Of a DNA stretch of 64,000 bases, positions 22,990 through 64,000 are shown piece after piece. Made by a program: the position numbers and the translations under genes. The notes beneath the pieces were generated by a model, which had not been told where the DNA came from, searched no databases, and was given only the letters and a program-made list of their open reading frames with translations. This DNA comes from Chrysomallon squamiferum (Eukaryota > Animalia > Mollusca), in contig CM022671.1 of assembly GCA_012295275.1 (NCBI GenBank), forward strand, positions 34,906,001-34,970,000, in the 5' to 3' direction. How positions within the stretch are numbered: the stretch's first letter is position 1; the number at the start of each line of letters is the position of its first letter.

Positions 22990-24533
22990 CCTTCCTTAGA
23001 TTGTACTAGAATGTGAAAGTAGAGCAGCAGGCTTCGTTCCCGGAAGAATAATTAGGCCATATACTGCGGTTGCACACCTTTTAACTGATTTGCAGTGAGG
23101 ACGATATATCAATAGTTCATTTAGAATCAAGAGGGCATTAATTTAGGCGCACATGACCGCGTATGAATGAATGAATGTTATTGTTTAACAGACATTTAAT
23201 TTCTGTACAGTGAAATTACTCGTGTGCGTAGTTTTACACGTTACTTTCTACGTTCACAATATCAAGGGAAATAACTCGATGATGTGGCCAAAGAAAAGTA
23301 CAAGGTAACCACTGATGTGTATTTATATGTAAATCGATCTATTTGTAGTAATTTATCATCGACGTCACTGGGATTTCGTAAATAGGAAAATTCCATATTA
23401 GGAAGAATAAATCTTATATTATATTATATCGGGTAACTGCAGGTCGTGTTGTGTAATGAAGTATAAACTAATAATAAAGAAGACTGTAACAACGTCGTTT
23501 AATACGTGGGTCATACAAGATATTTTTCCAGTTAATGTTTGTTGCAACACTTACTTTTATGTAGGTCTTTGCATTTTTGTGTGTGTGTGTGTGTGCGCGC
23601 GCGTGTGGGTGTGGAAAATTATCGTGACCGTCTTTTAATATCAACATGTTATGTCTGTGGGAATGTCAAGCTGCAGATCCCTTCGCAGGACAGAATCATC
23701 GAGGGTAAATTACTTTGAAATTTTCTTCTTGTCTGTGGATATGTAAATAAAAAAAAAAAATTTACCACAAAAAAAAAAAAAAAAAACACCCTATTTATTT
23801 GCTGCAACAATAGTATAATCCTGAATACCATAAAACAATATATTAATTTATTTATTTCACAGAATAAATATGAACAAGGTTTTCACAAATAAATTCTGTT
23901 TTCAAAATGATCAACAGTTAATATAATAATTTTAAAATTACGTAAAAAAATTATTAATAAATTGTGATTGAAACATTTGTTTCTTTTCATTTCATAATTT
24001 AGATGTGAACTAAAAATATTATGCTTCTTTTAATATTTTTAAATAAAAAAATATCATAAATATTACATTAAAAAAACCAAGAAAAAAAAACCTTCACACA
24101 CCCAAGAATGTATGGCATACTGCAAATAATCATTAAAAATGTAATGTGAGAGAAAATAAAATAAAACAGACAATCCTATACACACACATTTTGTATTTTT
24201 GACATGATGGGGGGGATGTTGTTTTTGCAATCATTATTTTAATTATGGATTAGTAACAAATGTTTTTTTTTTGTTTTTTTTTTGTTTTGAGAATAAAATA
24301 AATTAATTAATTAAAAAATTTAACAATAATTATTATATTTTTTTTAATCAATAAAAAAGATTTAAAATGTCTGATTCTACTATATATATATATATATATA
24401 TATAATAATAACAATAAATTAACCAGAAATAGTATAATAATATAACAAAATATTTGGTAAGCCTTAATATAAAAATTCTTGATTTCAAATAAATATATTA
24501 TTTCTACGTAAGAAAAAAAAAGAAATAAGAAGT

Positions 24534-27057
<2,524 letters not shown>

Positions 27058-27574
27058 CGTTAATGCACTGTCCCCTTTCTCGGCAAGTGAGAGCGAGAAT
27101 TTAGAATCACCGTGAGAGTGTATTTATAGTGAAAATAACGTCATAAAGGGAGCGCTTATATATTTTTGGAGATAAGAAGGTCAGTTTTCACCTGCACACA
27201 GTATAAACATATATATTTAGAACAGAATAATATGACAGTATTTGCATTAAAACTAAAAACTTTAGTTTTAATAAACTATTTGTAGAAGAACTAATTATAT
27301 TATTAAGTAAATTGTGTACATATTCTCCCCATGTTATTGTTATCGCAACATTTTTGTACACCAGTTAAGCTGAATAGACTGATTCACTTAATTATGACGA
27401 AAGAAAAACGATTATAATCATAATGTTGACAATGATGTGAAATAATTATGTATTAGACTGTGGATTGTCCCCGAAACTAAGCCAGCAGGTCTGAGAAACT
27501 CAGAATACTGGCGACAGTAAAAATACAAGCTTAACATTTACATTAAAAAGATTATTTTGACTGTCAAAGCCGAG
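27058..27574. promoter_or_regulatory. Divergent (bidirectional) promoter region shared by C1orf50 and ZMAT5
   Basis: The ATGs are head-to-head, 517 bp apart. TGACG-like sites at ~27138 (acgtca) and ~27394. Confidence 0.6.
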
Positions 27575-27922
27575 ATGGGAAAACGTTATTACTGTGAATT
27601 TTGTGACAAGCAGTTTGGAGATAATCCTTCAAGTAGAAGAAATCATCTTACCGGTGTTTACCATCAGCGAATGAGAAAACTATACTACGATTCATTTAAA
27701 GGTTATTTCATTTACATATTTTAAACATTTCCTGAATACAAATGAATTAAAATAACATCAAACAATAAAGTAACTGTTCTTGTTATCCTTTACTGTTAAC
27801 AAGGTAATTATTATATTCACAAAAATGCGTTAGTTCCAAATCAAATAACTGTCCATATTCCTAAATTGTTTTAAACAGTATCTAATTATTAATAACTTAA
27901 GAGTAATAAGAAATTGTTATTA

Positions 27923-27970
<48 letters not shown>

Positions 27971-28906
27971 TCAGAACCAGAAGTAATACTTGCAGAAGTT
28001 GAAAGGGGAGTATGTCGATCTTTTCAGACAACAGGTAACAAACTTGTGACATATATTTATCTAATAACATGTATACTGTGTATATGAAAATATTAGTATT
28101 GTAATTTTAGATCAATCAGACATGGAAATTACTTTTGCAGTAATCATCAAGATGGACCTCATTCAGATTAAAAATACCTTCTGATATAATGGTTAAACTG
28201 AAGTGAATTCTCTTCATCATAATTAAACTAATAAATTATTTTTTTTAGATATGTGTGATTTTTAGACCTTTAAAAACATTTCAGGTGAATGCAAATTTGG
28301 TGATCGATGTCATTATTCTCACATTACCAATGAATATCGAGCCTATTTACAACGACAAGGTAACAAGTCTCAGTTTAGACATTTTAATTATTATATAATA
28401 ATACATCTAAATAACATTTTCATTTTCACAATTTTGTTTCAGAAAAATTTCTATTGGGTTATTTGAGCTAGTATAAAAGAACATTTTTTTGTATTGTGTC
28501 AAAATTTCTTAAATTAATAAATATTTTTTTTTATTAATAAATTTACATTGTTAACATTTTATTATTTATTAATTTTTATTATTTATTTATTATCATCATC
28601 ATCATCATTAATATTAATATTATTATCATTTTGTGTCTTTCTTTTTTTTCAGTTCAATTGAAAAAAGAAGCTGAAATTGCTGAAAAGAAAAGAAAACTTG
28701 AATTTAATCCAACCCTTGAAGAATGGTTGGCAAAGAGGGAGAAGAAGAAATCAGAAAACCCACTTCACAGAGTTACATCGGGTTCTGAGAGCAAACAGCA
28801 GTACAACCTACCTGAATGTTTGTTAAATGTTAAAGACATCCCACCTTCTCTACTTCCACCACCACCCGATGTTTTCAAAAAATTTAAATTTCTCGAATGG
28901 GGTTGA
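27575..28906 (+). CDS. ZMAT5: Zinc finger matrin-type 5 (U11/U12 snRNP 20K), 4 exons
   Basis: Exons 27575-27701, 27975-28034, 28285-28359 and 28653-28906. U1C-type finger MGKRYYCEFCDKQF...HLTGVYH, CCCH finger CRSFQTTGECKFGDRCHYSH, and the C-terminal IPPSLLPPP...EWG* typical of ZMAT5. Confidence 0.93.
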
Positions 28907-31794
28907 TGTATTAACAAGAACACCAAATAGTTTGAAAGACAACATGAAGATGACACACTTTTTTTTTCACATAGCGACGTTATACAGCTTTTATCGAGTT
29001 GTATCATGTTAATATTCACAAACATTTTGATATGAAAGCCAGAAATATTTTAATATTTGTTTCTATCAACAATCATTGGAGTGAGAAATTGAGGCATTAA
29101 TAAAGAAAATGAACAATTATTTCCATGAATTAATTCATAGTGACGATTGATCAACAAGCTTTATTTTATTAAAATTTGTTATCCTACCAAGATTTGTGAT
29201 TTTTGTTTTTTCTCCATACAAAATTCCATTTACCTGTAAAATAATTATTTAAAAACATTTCCACTATTACTCCATTATCAATACTCAGTTGTATAGATTC
29301 TGTTTGGTGATAAGTTTGAGAATGAGAGAAGAAACAATTTTATGTGGACCTTTTCACAGACATTTAATAGCAGAAGTGGTCTTTTTACTTGACAAATTAA
29401 AAATTTAATAACTTCATAATAATATGTTCATTTTTAATTACTTAGCAGCAAGATTTCAACCATTTCAATGCTTTTGTTATTTTCAGAATAAGAAACATCT
29501 AAAAATGTAAAAATAAAAATAAACCATCACCCCCTCAAAACAAAATACAACAAACAAAATTAAATAAATAAAATATAATGCCTCAAAAGAATATTTTACC
29601 TAAGTCTTATGAGGGAAGACCATAATGTGTTTAATATTAACATAGATGTTTTTGTTAAATACTTTAAGTGGATTTTCTTGACCGCACTATACTGAAAATG
29701 TTTCTAAACAGAACAGCAACAACAGTTTTTATATAAATGCATTTTTAATATAGTTGTACAAGTGTGTATATATTACAGTCATTCCATGTCTTGTATTTAT
29801 GTACAACAGTAACAATGCAGTTAGCATACGGATTTGAAATACTTGATATAAAATGAAAACACAACAGAACAGACAGTAATATATATATATATAATGTATA
29901 TATTTATATTTAACAATGAAAACAAAGAGTGTATAAAATAATAATACTTAATAAGTATGAACACAGTAGCTAGACATTTTCTAATTCGGCACAAGCATTT
30001 TTTTTTAAATTTTCTTTTTTAAAAAGTCTGAAAGCATTTTCATTCCAGTGTGTAACATTAAAAAAAAAAAAAAAAAAACATAAAAAGATAACTGCCTCTT
30101 TGTTGGTTTTATAAATTATTACAGATTAAACAAACAGCCCCAAAATAGTGATAATTTTAAGTGAAAATATGTTTGATTTGAATATAATTGAATTCTGGTT
30201 GTAATAAATTCAATTATTGTTGATTTTAAGATTAAAAGCGTATACTTCATTTAGGTCCTTTATTCATAACTTTACTCTTTTTGCAAATTTGTTTAATACC
30301 AATATTTTCTATCCATCTTCCAAGCAAAATCATAAAAGTGAATAAAAATTGTAAAATTGTAAGAATAAAATAGAAATAAACAGCTAATTTATGTTTTGTT
30401 TAAATTTAAACATTTGCCATTTATTTGTTAACTGCCAGTGAAATAAAAAATATAAATAAATAAAGACTTAAAAGAAAAATCACAAAAAGTCTAATGAGAC
30501 TTGCTGATTTGGTGTGTGTTTGTGTATATATTTATATTTGTTATTCCCTATAAGTAGTTTTACAACCTGCACACATACAAACATAAATAAATTTCAATTT
30601 AAAAAAATTAAAAACAAAACAAATGATGTAGAAAAAAGACAAACAAAATATTGCATATAATTATATAAAAATTATAGTTAAAAAACAAAAATCTAAGCAG
30701 TAAATGAAGCATATAATAAAGTACTTTAGAAAAAATTTTTTATATAAAAATTATTAAACAAAATAAGACAAATACAAAGATGAGAAAAAAAAAAAGAAAA
30801 AATCTGAATTATAAATACATTCGACTTATTTTGTATTTTATTAAATTTAAATTGGAAAAGAAAACAAAAAATATATTGAAGTGAAACTTTATACATTGTT
30901 ATTTTTTAAAATGACACACGTTTTTAAAAAGATTGTTTTAAATGTTTTAAACACAACTGGCCTCTACCCTGTTGCATTAACTTTGTTCAGTACATTCATC
31001 ATGTTCTTTTCAACATCTTTTATTCTGCAATATTACTAACAAGAGGCATGAAACGCCATTTCTAATAAATGCCTTGTATCAAATAATATCTAGTGATTAA
31101 TTTTTAAGACTTTTTTCTTCTTTTTTTTTCTCTCTCAATATACCAAAAGATCACTTTGTTACCCAGTCAAAATAAATTTCAAATATTCAGTATTTACAAT
31201 CAGACAGTAAAAAGTATTTTTTAATTTCTTTACAAGATTAAGAAGTCTGTTCATGATTGGACTAATAAAGAAAAAAGTAAGAATAATTAATGTATCTTCC
31301 AATACATTTTACAATACTGATTATTACTGATAAATGTGTTAATTTTTTTTTTATTTTTCTAAAATAAATTTATATCTTTTTCTCAGTCATGATTGCATGT
31401 ACTAAAATAATGTATGAAATCTAATATACATGTTATTTTGTAAACTGATTTTTAAGTTGTTATAAGACTTTATAAAGTGTTAATTGTAAGTAGTTACAAT
31501 TTTAATTAAATAGATATAAATCTAAACTAGCAATATTAAAACAAAATTTATGTTTCTATAGATTTTTATTAAATTTATAACAAGTTATTTTTTGAGAATA
31601 TAATTCATAAAATATAAATGATGTTGTTTTTGTTATTTAAACACTAAATGATAATAACGTTCCAGGTTTTCTTTAACAGCTTTCTTATTGCTGTGTTCTT
31701 AAGACAAAAAACATGTAACATATTTCCTCAAAACTTCAGATTTTGACTAAAATGTCTGCTACTTGTACCAGAACAAGGCAGATTCATTTCTGTT

Positions 31795-32050
31795 CACAAT
31801 ACTAATCCACTAATCTCCAGATTACTAGTCCATATATCTTCAGACTACTAGTCCATTAATCTTCATAATACTAGTCTATTTATCTTCACATTATTTATCC
31901 ATTCATCTTAATGTTAATAATTCACTAATATTTCAATTACTGATCCATTAATACTCATGTTACTAATCCATTAATCTTAACATTACTAGTTCACTTATCT
32001 TTAGATGACTTGTCTAATTAATTTTCATGTTACAAATGCATTAATCTTTC
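31795..32050. repeat. Degenerate ~25-bp tandem repeat in the putative myosin-18 3' UTR
   Basis: Recurring (a)ttactagtccattaatcttc(a)-like units. Confidence 0.65.
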
Positions 32051-32096
32051 TGTGACCAATATAATTAATTATCTGATTATAAGGAGTCGTATGTAA

Positions 32097-32144
<48 letters not shown>

Positions 32145-32840
32145 AACTGAGTCACTGATTGTAAATTATTTCTTTAAAATAAAAATGTCATTATACCAGC
32201 TCACTTGAGCTAATGTCAGTGATAAAATATGAGAGCTATTAAATACAATTATTCTGTTAGTTTTCTGTATAAAACTATCAGCTGTCAGTGTGTTGTGTAT
32301 TCTAACAAGCACCACCCTGTATTTAACACATTTCTTATCAATACTAAACAGTTCCTGTAACTAAACAGCACCATAGAGTTACATTTGTTTGACTATACTT
32401 CTTGAAGTTACTATAATAATAGTAGTACAAATAACATTTAATAACATCTGAAGTTTAAGATTCCATATGCTATCTTATCCATGCAAACCTGTTACTATGT
32501 TCAAACTTAAAGTCTAACAGTTTTAAAAAAAAACAAAAACAATATAAATTTACAAAGCCTGTTTGTTTTGTTTTTGGGGTTTTCTTCTTAAACACATGTT
32601 TAAACACTGGAAATATATGTTATTTGCATGTGTGTAAGAAGAAAGCAGGCTGGGTAAATTCAGATGATCTTGTTTTCATCACAAACCGATCATTTTTCAG
32701 TTTGTTGTCGTGTTGATAAATACTGCGATTTCTGGCTTTGCTTTGTCAGATAATTTTAAAAAGTAAAATGTCAACATGCTGAAGGTAAACTACAAACTGA
32801 TCAGTTGCACATAGCCCATTCAGGTTTGATGAATACTGCA

Positions 32841-64000
<31,160 letters not shown>

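Overview
AT-rich, intron-rich animal (invertebrate, possibly molluscan) genomic DNA, not prokaryotic. All gene calls come from my manual translation and from recalled family motifs; no database search was run. Left to right: (1) a 13-coding-exon GOLGA3/golgin-160 gene (-, 390-9913), with a +1 frameshift in one exon and a probable GC-AG last intron; (2) a 3-exon NNMT/PNMT/INMT-family methyltransferase (-); (3) two tandem paralogous genes (-, 13960-18828 and 20599-22614) with intronless CDSs. Each encodes an MGxxxSK N-terminus, a Ser/Thr/Ala/Pro repeat array of very different length (22-aa units, plus 17-aa basic units in one copy) and a single C-terminal Castor-type double zinc finger; (4) C1orf50/DUF2452 (-), head-to-head with (5) ZMAT5/U11-U12-20K (+); (6) the last 28 coding exons of myosin-18 (-), including a 13.7-kb intron. 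The most interesting signals are the unrecognised Castor-finger repeat gene pair, whose duplication junction captured the last codons and 3' flank of C1orf50, and a recurrent class of intronic minisatellites that start at an exon boundary and reiterate the splice site itself (4 clear cases, 1 degenerate).
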